Of a stretch of 64,000 nt of DNA, positions 37,183-50,651 are shown piece by piece; the stretch's first letter is position 1, and the number at the start of each line of letters is the position of its first letter. Origin of the DNA: Microthyrium microscopicum (taxonomy: Eukaryota); NCBI GenBank assembly GCA_010405405.1, contig MU004231.1, positions 4,080,884 to 4,144,883 of the forward strand, given 5' to 3'. The notes under the pieces are model-generated. The model did no database searches and had not been told where the DNA came from. It was given only the letters and a program-made list of their open reading frames with translations. The position numbers and the translations under genes are program-made.

Positions 37183-38700
37183 ATGGCTAAAGGCAAAGGC
37201 CGTGGTGGCAACCAGAACAACAATCAGGGAAACAACAACAACAACAACAACAATAATAATTATAATAATCGCAACAACAATAACAATCGCAGCAACAACA
37301 ACAAGCCGACGTGTGGGATCTGTCAGAAAAACCATCTCACAAACCAGCACCAATGCTGGATATGTAAACAGAGCGGAGTAAACTCACACAAAGCTGAAAA
37401 TTGCCCGGCAGGTGATAAAAAGGGCAACCAATGTGAGTGGTGTAATTCCACAAAGCATGACAGCAACAACCACGAGTGTAGAAAATGTCACGATAAACAT
37501 GCAAAGCACAAGTTTAATGATTGCCCACAAAACACAAACAAACCCACTGGGCCCTTCAATGACACAGTATTCAACTCGAATGAAGATACTTTTATGAAGG
37601 AGCTTCCTCAAAGTATACAAGAAGGCTTGGACAAACTATACCAAAAGTTCTCAGCGTATCCAAACCAAGAGATCCATTGGATTTGGATGTTTTACAAAAG
37701 CATCTATCCCAACGAGGAATCTCTCATGATAGCGAGCCGATTCATAGAAAGCTTCCTGGGCCTCAAAGAGGAGTTCACGTTGACTATAGAGCAAACCATT
37801 GGAGCTCTTCAAAACAACGCCTGCAGCTGGAACAACAGTCGTGCTCACTTTCTACACGTCGTCTCAGCAGCGGTTGAAGCAATCCTTGAAAAGGTAAAAG
37901 TGTTATCAGAACGAGTGTTCGGCACTTCCCACAATATGGATCGAGATCAGGTCAGTTTTGATGTCCGCCATCTTTATCAGAAGCACAACTGGGCTAAACT
38001 AGATGTAGTCCCACAGCTGTGGGTTTACTGCGTATGCAAGACCTTCCGGTTGGAGAATCCAGACCACCAGCTCAGGTATGCAATTTCAGTGCTACTATCT
38101 GACGCCAAACGATTCGATCCAGAAAGAGCGGTCGACAGAGTTGTTGACGACATCGTCAATAAATGCCATTATATTCTTCAGGTACTCAGTGACGACGGAC
38201 AACTTGCAGGTCAGGTCATCGAATGGTTAGCCAAGTCTGGCTTCCATATCGATGGAGCGCTGGTCATTGGGCGCAAGTACGTCTATGAAAAGCTGACTAT
38301 AGGCTACGGAATGCCACTTGAAGACGCCGAAAATCTTTTGAAGACCTCAGCCAATCTGAAAGAAGCTGTAGTGCGCTGCAAAGCAACGCTGTACACAGAA
38401 GTTGTCGATCTTTGCAAGAGCTTTGACCAAACCGGCCTCGCTTTTATGACACCGGCCCGAAGTCGAGATATCGAGAAGATGGTTGGTGATGCTCTAGAAG
38501 CGTTGAAATACAACTATCAGAAAGTTGAGGGTTGGGTGGTCCTCTCAATTGCCGACAGATTCGATTTGCACGTAAGCGGCGTCGAAGCAATCAGAGCTTC
38601 CCCCTATGTCAATGGGGACCTCAGGAAGGTCATTGAAGTGCTCAAAAGGTCTGATCCAGACAAGATAAGTGCGGTGTACAAAGTGTCACACACTATTTGA
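37183..38700 (+). CDS. Hypothetical protein: poly-Asn N-terminus, tandem Cys/His zinc-knuckle-like units, helical C-terminus
   Basis: 505-aa intronless ORF with AAGATGG start context. Confidence 0.8.
   Translation: MAKGKGRGGNQNNNQGNNNNNNNNNNYNNRNNNNNRSNNNKPTCGICQKNHLTNQHQCWICKQSGVNSHKAENCPAGDKKGNQCEWCNSTKHDSNNHECRKCHDKHAKHKFNDCPQNTNKPTGPFNDTVFNSNEDTFMKELPQSIQEGLDKLYQKFSAYPNQEIHWIWMFYKSIYPNEESLMIASRFIESFLGLKEEFTLTIEQTIGALQNNACSWNNSRAHFLHVVSAAVEAILEKVKVLSERVFGTSHNMDRDQVSFDVRHLYQKHNWAKLDVVPQLWVYCVCKTFRLENPDHQLRYAISVLLSDAKRFDPERAVDRVVDDIVNKCHYILQVLSDDGQLAGQVIEWLAKSGFHIDGALVIGRKYVYEKLTIGYGMPLEDAENLLKTSANLKEAVVRCKATLYTEVVDLCKSFDQTGLAFMTPARSRDIEKMVGDALEALKYNYQKVEGWVVLSIADRFDLHVSGVEAIRASPYVNGDLRKVIEVLKRSDPDKISAVYKVSHTI
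37232..37302 (+). repeat. AAC/AAT trinucleotide microsatellite encoding poly-Asn
   Basis: (AAC)n/(AAT)n runs are visible directly in the sequence. Confidence 0.9.
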
Positions 38701-39105
38701 ACCAACGACGCATTCAAATCTGACGGTTTACATGATGAGAGATCGTTACAAACTGCAGCAGAGACAAGAGAGCGGGTAGCGGCTCGGATTTTGCGCAACA
38801 ATGACTGCATCCGGTCACTATCTACTTCCATTGAGGTAGGTACTGGTACTGACCGTTTGCAAGCAGGAGCAGCTCGGGAGTATCAGTCGAGCCAAAAAGG
38901 TATAGGTAACATTTTTCTTGCAGTACTTATTTGAGAACAGGGAGTATAATTTTATACGCGAAATGACACAACACTTGAATAGAAAACAAAACTTCATCCT
39001 CACGCTAACATATCCAGAGCTCGACTACCATTACGATACTCGAAAGACACAACCTTGGAAGTCTCCCAGATGGAGTATCATGAAATTTGCATTGCCTAAC
39101 AACGT

Positions 39106-40769
39106 TTAAACTGCCCCTTTCCGTTTCCCTTTCATCCAGAAGACAATCACTGCCGACCCAAGAACGAGCGACCCAGCAGCAAGAACCCCAAACATGCCAG
39201 TGAGATGTAATCGATCGAGCAGAACAGTAGATATGGTAGGTAGACCAGCTCCCACCAGATAAACCACAAACAGAAACCCACCCACGGCGCTACCCCTTTC
39301 GTTGTCCCGGAACTCATCTTGGATATATAGCAAGCTTGAAATGAACAGTAGAAAACAACATAATGCGAGAAAAATGACAAATGACAGGGGTATAAAAATG
39401 GAATAGCCAGGAACAACAGTGAATGCAAAAAGAACTAGAGATAGTGGAAGTAAGAGAACAATAGGAAGTGCCGGTATGAGACGATAGCGTGCAGGAAATG
39501 CCTGGGGCTGGGTATGTGCTTCTGATGAAGTCAATGATTTCCTCCAGTAGATCGTGAGAGAGGCGTAGAGTCTAAGGTGTTGGAGGATGTGGATTGACAT
39601 GCCCAATAGGACGCCGATTGATAGACTTAGGAAGCAAAGCGATTCTGTCAGCCATGTGAGGTGATATGTGCCTGAGAAAACCGTAGGGAGGGTGGTATAT
39701 AATGCGTATTGGATGGCTACTGAAAAGCCAGTCGTCAAACCTAAGAACAGTATGCTGGGTTTGGTAAAGATCAACATGATCGGGCGACCAAGTGTAAGCC
39801 GTATAAAGAGGCTGACTTGTGCTGCCAGCTTGAATGGCGTTTTTTCATCGTTAGGAGTACTTGTTGTTTCTCGAGAGTAAAAGGTCGCAACCATAATTGG
39901 AACAGTGAGAAAGGTGAACATGAGCTGTGTCCACCTCCATGATAGTCGCTCTCCAATGATACCGCCGAACAAAGGACTTGTTATAGTCAGCGTGATATCA
40001 AATTGGCCAAGTCAAACAACTCACCCTATTGTTGCACCCAGAAAAGAAGAAGCAAAGAACAAAGCTGTTGGTACAGTTCTTTTATTTTCCATCCACATGT
40101 CACAGACAATGCCGTAAGAAACAATGGAAGCCGTAGAAGCAAACAATCCACTCAGTAACCGGAAGGCTAATATCAATCCAAATCTTCGAAATAGACCGAG
40201 TGCCAGTTGACAAAGAGCAAACAAAGGAGCAGTCACAAATAGAGTCTCCCTTCGAGGGAACAGTTCTGAAGCTGCATTTCCGGTCAAAGAACCAACCGCA
40301 AGTCCAATGATGTAAAGGGAGTAGGGTAGTGTCGAGATTATTGGCGCTCCATGAAGGTCTTCGTATATATCTCGAGTATTTGCAGTGATTGAAGTTGCTG
40401 CGAGAGAGCTGAGACAAAATTAATCAGTATGTATGCTCATATAGTCTCAATTGGCACAAACTGATCTTACCTTGCAAAAACTAGTCCTAGAGGAACAATC
40501 ATATGTAGACTTTTCTTCAACAGTGACCATTCAACAATTAGATTTTTTTCGTCCACAACAGCCTCTATTTTATCCTCATTCGCAACTTCAGCCAGTGAAG
40601 CGTTATCGACATCCTTGGTGGGCCTGGGACCTCGACCAAAAGTCTTGAATAGACCGTTAATATCATGATAAGACCAGTTGGAAAAGCGAGAGTTGAAAAG
40701 CGCCGAAGCGGCGTCCTTGGAAAATCGAGATTGTGAACTGTATATCGATGCTGATACTATACTGGCCAT
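39106..40769 (-). CDS. MFS transporter (DHA1/multidrug-like), divergent
   Basis: Spliced hydrophobic ORFs: 'ASELFPRR', 'FRLLSGLFAS', 'GGIIGERLSWRW', 'LGRPIMLIFTKP' and 'RYRLIPAL'. Confidence 0.8.
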
Positions 40770-42079
40770 GTTATCGTTCAACCCAGCGAAGAGGACGAAG
40801 ATTTAGCCGCAGAACGAGGGAGTACGCAGTTTAGATACAGTACGTCTTTCTCCCCACAGGGATGATATAGGGATTTACAAGAGAGGTTATCACCCCTACC
40901 TACACTCCTTCAATCCATTCCTCAACCACTGTTTTTGCGTGCAATAGAACCGAGCTCCAACCAAATCCCATGATTGCCAGGTTCGAGCTGCAGGATACCA
41001 AACTATGATCCAACCAGCGCAGTAGGAAGCTATCATTATTTGCCAGGTAGAAGAAGAAACGGGCGTCAGAAATGGCAGGGTGGAAGCGTGGTATTCCGCC
41101 ACCATTCAGCGTTGGGAGAGCGGGTGGATTCACAAGGCTGAAAGGAGCATCGGCGCTCCATGTGCCAATCATGTTAACACGACGATACTTGAGGATTGAA
41201 AAGAGGTTGTTGCACTTGGTGTTTCAACGGGGTTGTGGACCCTGATTCGTCAGACGAGATCAAAGTAGCGGACAAGGGTGGTGTGAAGTAACGTCCGGAA
41301 ACGGCTCATGGCGTAGGTAGGAGGTTAGGATGGCGATTGTCGATTGTAAATTAGTTGAGTACCAATAATTAGAAGTTCGTTTGCTTGCCGATAATCAAAT
41401 GATAAATAAACTTGATCTTGGTGTCATGTATGATAAGGTGGACCTTTATGGACCGTTATGAGACAATGCTCATTGAATTGAACATGATACTCGTTTTAGA
41501 TTGTAGAAGAATCGAGGCTTTTTGCAGTGGTACTCTAGGGATTCATCTCGGGTTGCAGAGTTTCCTTGCTGGGTGTTGTGTTAGAGATGTCGAAATCTGG
41601 GAGGGATATTGACTAGTAACCATCTGAAATGAGGCCGAGACTGTTCGATACTACCGATTGATCTGCTTCAGAGGATTTCCCAGGATATCAGTATAGTTCA
41701 AGAATAAGAAGAGCATGTTGCCTCACTTCTGATTTTTAGCATAACTTGACCACCAGATACATCCACCATTAAAGTTTCTATACTCTTCGGCCTGAAGAGT
41801 AGGTTTTTGCACCAATATCAAACAAACATTCAAGGAGTTCACAGCAGGATTCATGGTTTTACAAGTACAATTTCGACAAGAAGTCTACTTTATTGTAACT
41901 CTAACTCATTGTAAGAGTCTATAATCCATGAAAGAGTAGCGAAGCCAGGCCAAGTAAAAAGACTCGTACTTGACCATACAAATAACATGAAGGCCCACTA
42001 CTAACAACCATTGCTGTGAACAAAAGCGTCACCTTGAAAAATCAGCAACTGCATCGACAAAGAAACGCATCAAACGAAC

Positions 42080-42605
42080 CTAAGTGAGCCAATGCCACGA
42101 AAGCTGCACACGACCACTCTCAACCGGAGCCAATCCACCAAAGATGGTTCGGGTGACATCCAGATCGCCAGGCTGGCATGCCTCGCCTACATCATGTTAG
42201 CTTTCTCTCAAAACAACCCTCCCAGAGTATTCTGATATATGGAGAGCACTTACAGCGATCGACGACAGTCACGTCCTTCGAGACGGTCTTGTAGTTGGCC
42301 TGAGTAATGCGGATAACGCGTCCACAATTGCGATTGTGGTTGGGATTGCCGTCCACGTTTCCGCTGTCGAAGGTCTGGTGGTCGATGGCCACGATTGAGT
42401 CGGTTTCTTGGTTTGTGACACCACAAGCGCCGAGACCAGTTGCAAAGTAGGTCAATTGACCGTTCTGGGCGTCGCGGGCGGTGTTGGTGGTTGTTGGCTG
42501 TGGAGCAGCGCTGGGAGGTTAGTTTTTGATATTGGTTAGTTGATGAGTGGGTACTTACATGACGAGCCCAGCAAGAGCGCAGAGAATTGGCGCGATGAAC
42601 TTCAT
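42080..42605 (-). CDS. Secreted RlpA-like double-psi beta-barrel (expansin/loosenin-like) protein
   Basis: Signal peptide MKFIAPILCALAG, then 'GQLTYFATGLGACG', 'NPNHNRNCGR', 'VTVVDRCEACQPGDLDV' and 'GRVQLSWHW'. Two introns. Confidence 0.92.
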
Positions 42606-43588
42606 GTTGAGTGTGGAAATGTCGGTATGAGTGATCTTGAATGGTATATACTTGGGCAACTTAGAGCTTTGGAGTAGACTTGAGAAGACTTGGAGAGACT
42701 TATCAAAGCTGGAATGTATTCAAAAGCGTGATGAAGGAGAACTGGTCAAAACGCTCCAACCAAAGTCTAAAATACCGAATACTTTGTCCAGAAAGTCACT
42801 AGCTAACACTGCCAGTGATTACGCGGCGTGACTGTATACTCCATTGCTCTAAAAGCGCGATCATTCATCTGAGCGGATCTCAGAGCTGTGTGATCACGAT
42901 CATTACCAATTGAGTATCCGTATGGAGAGATAGGGAAGGGGGCGGTAGTGTTAGAGGATTGCGTGATCGTGGAAATACCAGATTGAGCATTTGCATCGCT
43001 CGATATGGCGAAGGGAGCTGTATAGTCACGCTGCTTCAGTGCAAATGATCAACTCAAAGAGCTTTAGAGCAATTCGATATGTCCACGCGGGTACATGTGA
43101 GGAGGGTTTAGTGGTATAGAAGTGTTGATGTGACGTGTTAGACGCTTAATGATGCTGAAAGTATGTAGTCATCAATGGAGATTTAGGATGCCAGGCAAGA
43201 TTGCGTAATTGAGGCTTTTGACATGGACTGGTCAGGCAGGTTCTGAGCCGCCAGTAGCTGCTAGAAACTCCTAGAAAGAGCTAACTGTTTGCAAATTAGA
43301 CTTCATATATCAGGGAGAAGAAGGCTTACAGTAACGGTGATTTAGTTGAGAGATGATAGTTCCAAAAGAGATCAGAGCAACCAGACGAAATACTGAGCGA
43401 CATATAAACTTTGACATCACTCCAGAAAGGATATACAATGATCAGTAAGAACGTCGTCACACGCTCTCCATGTATTCGAAGAGAAAGAATGAGAATTAGC
43501 AGATAATCATCTGAGAGAGACTACCAGGGTATCTTAATGCATCTAACCCGCAAAGAACGCCGACAATCGATATTACCGTTAACTTTGA

Positions 43589-45187
43589 TCACCTCTTCTT
43601 GCCTTTCTGCAGCTTGACAAGCTTTTCCATTTGCTCAACCCATCGAGTAGCAAACTTCTTCTCACTGAAGCGGCGAGCGCTTTCTCTTGCTCGTTTTCGC
43701 ATGGCGAGAGTATCGGTTGGACTGAGATCTAATGCTCGAGCGAACGCTGCGGCATATTCGGATGCTGTGGATGCATGGAAACCTAGAGGATGTAAATGAT
43801 CATTCTTACCTGGGAGAGAAAAGTGGACTTACCAGTTTGCTGACCGCCTACCTCGACAACGATGTCTCTCTTGGGGCCACCGCTGTCGTTGACGACACTG
43901 ATTAAGCCGGCAGCTTGGTATTCGACGACTCCGATTCCAAAGTGCTCATTCCACATGCCATTGACGCCAATACTGCTGCTCTGTAATCGATCCAAAACCC
44001 GAGGCCATGAAGCATTAAGTACGAAAACGACATCGCTTTTCATCTGCAATGCATGAACCTGAAGGCGGAATTTGTATACCCTTAGCTTATCCTCTCCGTC
44101 GCGAACACTGCCTAGCAGAATCAAGCTCGGTCGCTGACCTGCCGGCCATTCTCTAGACTTTAGAAGCTCTGAAAATGCATCAATGATAAGAGCGTGATTC
44201 TTCTCCGGCCTAAATTGGGCAATGTAGAGGAGATGTCGTTGTCGGAGCATTTCCGAGGCGGCTGAAAGTGGGATTTTATCATCTAGTTCCGCGACGGCAA
44301 CGGGTGGGAAGATGACGGCAATTTCTTGATCATCTTTTTGAATTGATTTAACTTTTTGGCGTGAGGGTCCCCATAGCTCTTGAATGTGTTCCTTTGTCCA
44401 TGACGAGTTCGTCATGACTACATCGACGGATGAGCCTGTCCATGAGTATAAAGCTGCGAAAAGTTTCCAGTATTTTCTTTTTGCTTGTCCTTTCCAGCCG
44501 TCTCCGGCCCCAGCATTCAGACCTTTTCCAGAGTCTGCATCTGCATCAAGGGATTGTAACATGTCGGTGGAGATGGTAGGATAGTGAACGTATGCGGCGG
44601 TAGGGACATGAGGAAAGAGTAGTTTGCTTAGAGCGATGGTAAATGCAAAACCCATTGTATCAATATAAATGTCTGGAACAATAAGATTGAAGGCGTCAAC
44701 AGCCAGAACCAAAGATCCTAGGGATTGGCCCAGGAGGGTAAAATAAGGGTAGGTGCTTGGTAGAACCCAGTGTCGAGTATTGAGATACATGAAATGTAAA
44801 GTATTTCGGTCGAGACGGATGTTAAAGCGATCGCGGACTCGGTCTATTATGGTATTCTTCTCGGCATCGTGATCGCCGGTGTAAACGATACAGACGGCAT
44901 CGGGCCATCTGTCTTGTGTGGCTCGTATGGCAGCCCAGAGTACTCGTTCGCCGCCGCCGCCCGCATTGCTAGTTCGAGATTAGACAAGTCCTTTGAAGAA
45001 GAGAATATAAGTACCAAAATGGGTGGAAGAAGGCGATTATGTTGCCGCCATTGGGTAGGAGTAGTTGTCTGCGAGATGCAGTCCGGTGGATTAAATAAGA
45101 TCCTAAGAGGCGGAAGACAAGACGGAATATGAATGGCGCAAGGACGAAGAGTGGGAGTAGCAGCAGAAGAATAGTTGTCAAAGCCAT
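43589..45187 (-). CDS. ALG11: GDP-Man:Man3GlcNAc2-PP-Dol alpha-1,2-mannosyltransferase
   Basis: 'AFFHPFCNAGGGGERVLW', 'YVHYPTISTDML', 'IAQFRPEKNH' and 'MWNEHFGIGVVEYQAAG'. Two introns. Confidence 0.96.
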
Positions 45188-46141
45188 GATGTAGGGGGTA
45201 TCATGATTAGCCTTGTTGGTTGAAGCTTGAGGCTTTGTAGCGAGAAGATAACAGATGTTGGAGTAGCTGGCACAACCGGTTGGATGTGAAGGGGCAACCG
45301 GAGCTCAACGATGATCGAGGCAAGAAGGGAGTGGACAGGGTTGCACATGTCCACGAACTATAAAAGTCCGTGCGTCTAAGATCTGTCAAAAAAGTTTTGG
45401 AGTTTTGACCCCAGATTACTGGAGCATTACCATGCCATGTTTCTTAAGGAAATCTTTAGGAAACACTCGGCCGTTTTCTTGTTTTATTTTCCAACATCTG
45501 TTTGATTGGAAAATTGCTGAGGGAATTCAATCAATAGGCCCTTACCATTGCAATATCAAAAACAGCTATAGTAGGGAGTACAGAGTGATTCTTGCACTTT
45601 GCCCGTACTTGCTACCTGGCTTGCCTGGAGGCTGGCTACCTCACCTCTGACGCCATATTATTTCTAGGCAGTTACGATTCACTAGAGTTTTGGTTGTCTG
45701 TAAGCTTTGAAGTTGGCAATTGAGCTTGCCAACAATGGCTCTTGGCCTCTTACGTAAACATTTACTTGAGGCCTCGCTATGATCGAGTTCTCACCAACTG
45801 ACGCAAATGTTGATTTCAATAGCTCTTTGTCAGCGTACTCACTTACAAGTACAAGTAGAATAATAAGTTGGAAGTAGTAAGGAAAGAGATCAAGTAACAA
45901 GGAACAGGCTCATAGACTGAGAAGTTGAAGTAGCTACGTATGAACTAAGCTCAATAAAGACTAGTGCCGATTTGTATGGCTTGGCAGGCAGTTTACTGGT
46001 TACTGCTTCCTTCCAACAAGCTGCAACTGTGACCTGACTATCACCAACTCTATTCTACAATCAATACATCAACCAACATTCTTCCTCTAAGACTCCTGTG
46101 TACTCTACCTCTGTCTATTGCCAATCTTTTCATCATCCACC

Positions 46142-47253
46142 ATGTCTTTAGAGCTCGAACCCGGTATCTTGGGCTTCAAGCGTGAGTGAACCTCATGACG
46201 ACATTACTAATGCCATTATTTTCAAAAAGCTGACAAGCGCAACAGGTCCATTCACTTCAGAAGTCTCCCAGACCCTACGTCTCAAGAATGTCGATCGCGA
46301 TCCCATTTCCTTCAAGGTATGTTACTTTGTTGAGTTTGGAAATCCAGATTACTAACGGGTAGCAGGTCAAAACTACAGCACCTAAACAGTACGCCGAGCC
46401 AATACCTTCCCATCGTATATTCCACCGCTGATTCATACTTCGATAGATACTGTGTTCGGCCAAACTCTGGACGTATTGAGCCAGGAGAGTTTGTAGATGT
46501 TAGCGGTATGGCATGCCTGTTGATGCACAAAATACACATGCTAACCTGGCGCTTATCAGTCGTTCTACAACCCATGAAGGCCGATCCTCCTCCAGATACT
46601 AGATGCAAAGACAAGTTTCTAGTGCAATCCATTGCAGTGCCAGCGGAAAAGGAAATGCCTCCGGTACTTTATACTTCAGAACGCAATAACAAGTCACTGA
46701 CGAGTTTTAGTGGGGCGAGCTTGAGCGCAATTTCAAAGCATCGATCCAGGAACGCAAAATTCGCGTACATTACCTATCAGTAAACGCCCCATCCAACCAC
46801 GTAAACGGCCATGATGACGAAGGCGATGACTCCGTTCTCTCACCTCCTCCGGTCTACACTCCTCACGCCGAATCGAGCCAAGGCGCGGCAGCTAACAGCT
46901 CTTCTGGAGATGCTCGATCCCTACAGAGCGAATCTGTACCCTCCACACCCGCTCAGTCGAAGCCAGTACCTGCCCACCAAAAGAACGCGGAAGCTGCGGC
47001 TTCACCACCAGAGGACCTTTCTCGAGAAGAACTATTGGCACAACTGGGCAATGCTAGAGTCAACATAGCGCAGCTACAAAAGGAATTGGACACCAATCTA
47101 CGCCGTCGTAACGTCAACCCAAAAGAATCACAAAAGGCCTCATCACAGGGAGCTTTGGGCGTGGCAACTCCAGCGCAGACCGCGGGTGTACCCATCTCGA
47201 CTGTTGCGCTGCTCTGCTTATTCTTCTTTATGCTTGCATATCTGCTGTTCTAA
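46142..47253 (+). CDS. SCS2: VAMP-associated protein (VAP/Scs2): MSP domain plus C-terminal TM anchor
   Basis: Spliced '[23 protein letters not shown]', 'CKDKFLVQS', coiled coil and C-terminal TM 'GVPISTVALLCLFFFMLAYLLF'. Confidence 0.93.
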
Positions 47254-48011
47254 GCATATATCATGCGGAATGCTAACGTTTAGTCGAATGGGATTTTGAA
47301 TACGAGACTGGATTCTGCAGTCTGCGTCCATCCCATGCCCTGGTGAGATATTGTGGGGGAAGCTGGCAGCGAATGCATTGCCGGTGTGGGGGAGAGAACT
47401 AATGCGGAGAACGGTCAATGTCCTTACTGACAACTTCTTGAATTGACTCCTATTTACCTTTTTGGCTTTTCTTTTTCTTGTCCCATAGCTTCTGTATACA
47501 TGGCCAGCGTATTGGGTTACACGCGCTTGGCTTCTACTATTAGTGATTGTACGGAATATTTTGACTTTTTGAACGCGAAAAGATGCACAACTAGAGAATG
47601 GAATATATCATGATAGCTTATGAATGGGCTCAAAGATCCCCAATGGTCCACGAACATGTCGAATCGCAGCTCAGCCTTTGAATTCACGGCTACAGTATTA
47701 CACGAGAAAGGTCAATCACGCGCATCATATGTTGCGGCTTTTATATGCGTTGAATGTGTGGGGTGAACCGTTCAGGACTGTTTGCAGAATTGATATTGGT
47801 GTTATGCATGAGATATATGCATGAACCTGGAGCTACTGGGACTAATAACAGCTCGCGTGCCATCCTATATACCCCATTGAACACTATTTGTCGCATGCTC
47901 GGTCGTGTAGTGCGGGTTTCGCCTTGAATTCTTGATTCTGAGGACTTGATCAAATGATATTCAGCTTGACAGCACGAAGCCGTATGCTCGGAGTATTGTG
48001 GAGAAGTGAAA

Positions 48012-48526
48012 GAGTCATAGTTATTACTGTTGGTAGACCTGATAGCAGTATCAAATGTTGATTGAGGGGAATGTCATTGGACAATGGTTTCGTCATGCCA
48101 TTGTGGTGGTGGCATTCTTCTAATTGAACCAGTCATACCGCAATCAATGTTTAGAACAGACCAAAGGATTACGAAATGTAATATGCATCTCTTTTTATAG
48201 ATACCTACAAGGATAGAAGCATTTAAGCCGGGATACTAAGTAGCTCTTTCCAAACCAAGGGTAGACTAGACCCACCATAGCTACAAGTTGTCCCACGGCA
48301 AGGTGTGCTCCTCCAAAATCTCCCATTGCTGCTCACAAAGATAAATATCCCGACTCTCGCCTCATCCCTTCACTTCTTTCTCACACACTTACTTTCTTAT
48401 CCTACATCTTCTCGAGCATCTTCAGGTGCTTGCCCATCATGTGTGGAATCTTTGCTTGCCATTGGTATGTTACCCAATCCCAATCGACAATCGCATTCCA
48501 GGTCTTTGGCCTGCTGGGTATGACTC
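48012..48526. promoter_or_regulatory. Candidate CpcA/Gcn4 response elements (TGACTC) upstream of and within intron 1 of asparagine synthetase
   Basis: GAGTCA at 48012-48017 and TGACTC at 48521-48526. Asparagine synthetase is an established general-amino-acid-control target, but hexamers also occur by chance. Confidence 0.3.
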
Positions 48527-50651
48527 CTCAACTCACAAGACATTTTTTCCGATAGCCACCCCAACGTTCAGAAGTTCAAGCCAGCAGCATTAAAGCTTGG
48601 CAAGCTGTAAGTAAACTCTTCAGATTCTGATCATTGTCCATATTCACTAAATATTTCTACTAGAGTTCGCCATCGTGGTCCAGACTGGAGTGAGTCCTCC
48701 CTCCGATTATCGGTTAAGCGCACAACTAAACAATAACAGGTGGAAACTGGGTTGCCAACAATACCAGTATGTTCAATACGCAATAGCTATGATCTTATCT
48801 TCCAGATAAGAAATGGACCTATTTTGGATCGGTCTGACGTTGTGTAACAGTTCTGGTTCACGAACGACTCAGTATTGTCGGATTAGGTAATTGCGCCTAT
48901 CCATCTCCACGACTCGGCTAATCATATAGACTCTGGAGCACAACCGATTGTTAGCGATGACGAAAAGCTCTCCCTAGCCGTCAATGGCGAAATCTACAAC
49001 CACCGTATTCTGCGCAAGCAAAGCACCATCAAGTACAACTACAAGACACTTTCCGATTGCGAAGTCATAATACCTTTGGTGGGTCAAATGGGCTGAAACA
49101 AGATAAAGCAAGACTAACCATTACAGTACATGGAATTCGATGTCGATGCTCCAAAACATCTGGATGGAATGTTTTCGTGGGTTCTACACGATAAGGTCCA
49201 GGATCGAGTTGTGGCAGCACGCGACCCCATTGGAATCACAACTTTTTACATGGGCAAGAGCTCAGAAACACCTGGGGCTGTATACTTCGCCTCAGAGATG
49301 AAATGTCTGGCAACAGTGTGTGACAACATCATCTCTTTCCCGCCCGGTCATGTCTATGACTCGAAAACGGACAAGCTCACCCAATATTATACTCCACAAT
49401 GGCTAATCGAGCCGAGCACGATTCCTACCACTCCGGTTGACTACAAACTTCTGCGATTGACGCTCGAGAGATCGGTTCGAAAACGTCTTATGGCTGAAGT
49501 TCCATTTGGCGTGCTGCTGAGTGGTGGTTTGGATTCTAGCTTGGTCGCTTCGATTGCGCAGCGGGAGATTCTGAGACTCAATCAGGAGACAGCAGCGAAA
49601 AAGGCCAAGGGATCCAATGGAGTTGCGGATGACCACGGACCAGATCATCTGGTTGGAATTGATGACGAGAACCACCTTTCAACTGTGCAAATGCTTCCAG
49701 AGCTCAACTCCTTCTCAATTGGTCTTCCTGGCGCTCCAGACTCCAAAGCAGCGGAAGCTGCAGCAAAGTTCCTGGGAACCAAGCACCATACGCTCAACTT
49801 CACTATTGAGGAAGGCCTCGACTCGCTTTCAGACGTCATCTACCATCTTGAAAGCTTTGACGTAACGACCATTCGTGCCTCCACGCCCATGTTCCTGCTG
49901 AGCCGAAAGATCAAAGCTTATGGTGTGAAGATGGTGCTATCTGGCGAGGGTAGCGATGAGATCTTTGGTGGTTACTTGTACTTTGCTGGTGCACCCAACA
50001 AGAACGACTTTCACGAGGAATGTGTTCGCCGAGTGAAGAATCTACATCTTGCAGATTGCTTGCGAGCCAACAAATCCACATCTGCATGGGGTGTTGAAGC
50101 TCGTGTCCCATTCTTGGATAAAAAGGTAAAAGTCGGTTCCAGTTTTTCAAACTCACCATACTAACCTCTCTAGTTCCTCGACGTGGCCATGAATATCGAC
50201 CCAGCCGAAAAGATGATCACCAAAGACCGCATCGAGAAATACATCCTCCGCAAAGCCTTCGATACCACCGACGAACCTGAGACAGCACCTTACCTCCCCG
50301 AAAGCATTCTTTGGCGCCAAAAGGAGCAGTTCAGTGACGGTGTTGGATACGGATGGATCGATGCGCTCAAGGACAATGCCGAAATACACGTTAGCGACGA
50401 GGACATGAAGAACCCCAAACCAGAATGGGGCGACGACATTCCAGATACCAAGGAAGCGTATTGGTATCGATGCATGTATGATGAGCATTTCCCACCTCAT
50501 ACTGCGTCAACTGTAATGCGGTGGACGCCAAAGTGGTCGAAGAGCACGGATCCTAGTGGACGGTGAGTTTTCATCAAGCTGTTGTGAGGAAGATGCTAAT
50601 AATGAATGTAGTGCTATTGCTGGGCATGAACAGAAGTACGATACTGCTTAG
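48439..50651 (+). CDS. ASN1: Glutamine-dependent asparagine synthetase
   Basis: N-terminal MCGIFA, 'RHRGPDWSG', 'HERLSIVG', 'NGEIYNH', 'LLSGGLDSS', 'SGEGSDE' and '[12 protein letters not shown]'. Eight introns. Confidence 0.97.

Noticed and set aside
37300..37540. Zinc knuckles as evidence of an LTR-retrotransposon gag
   Set aside because: Non-canonical spacing, and no protease/RT/integrase or LTRs in the flanks.
40896..41310. Short minus-strand ORFs upstream of the DHA1-like MFS gene
   Set aside because: No consistent spliced gene model could be built. They may be uORFs, but that cannot be supported from sequence alone.
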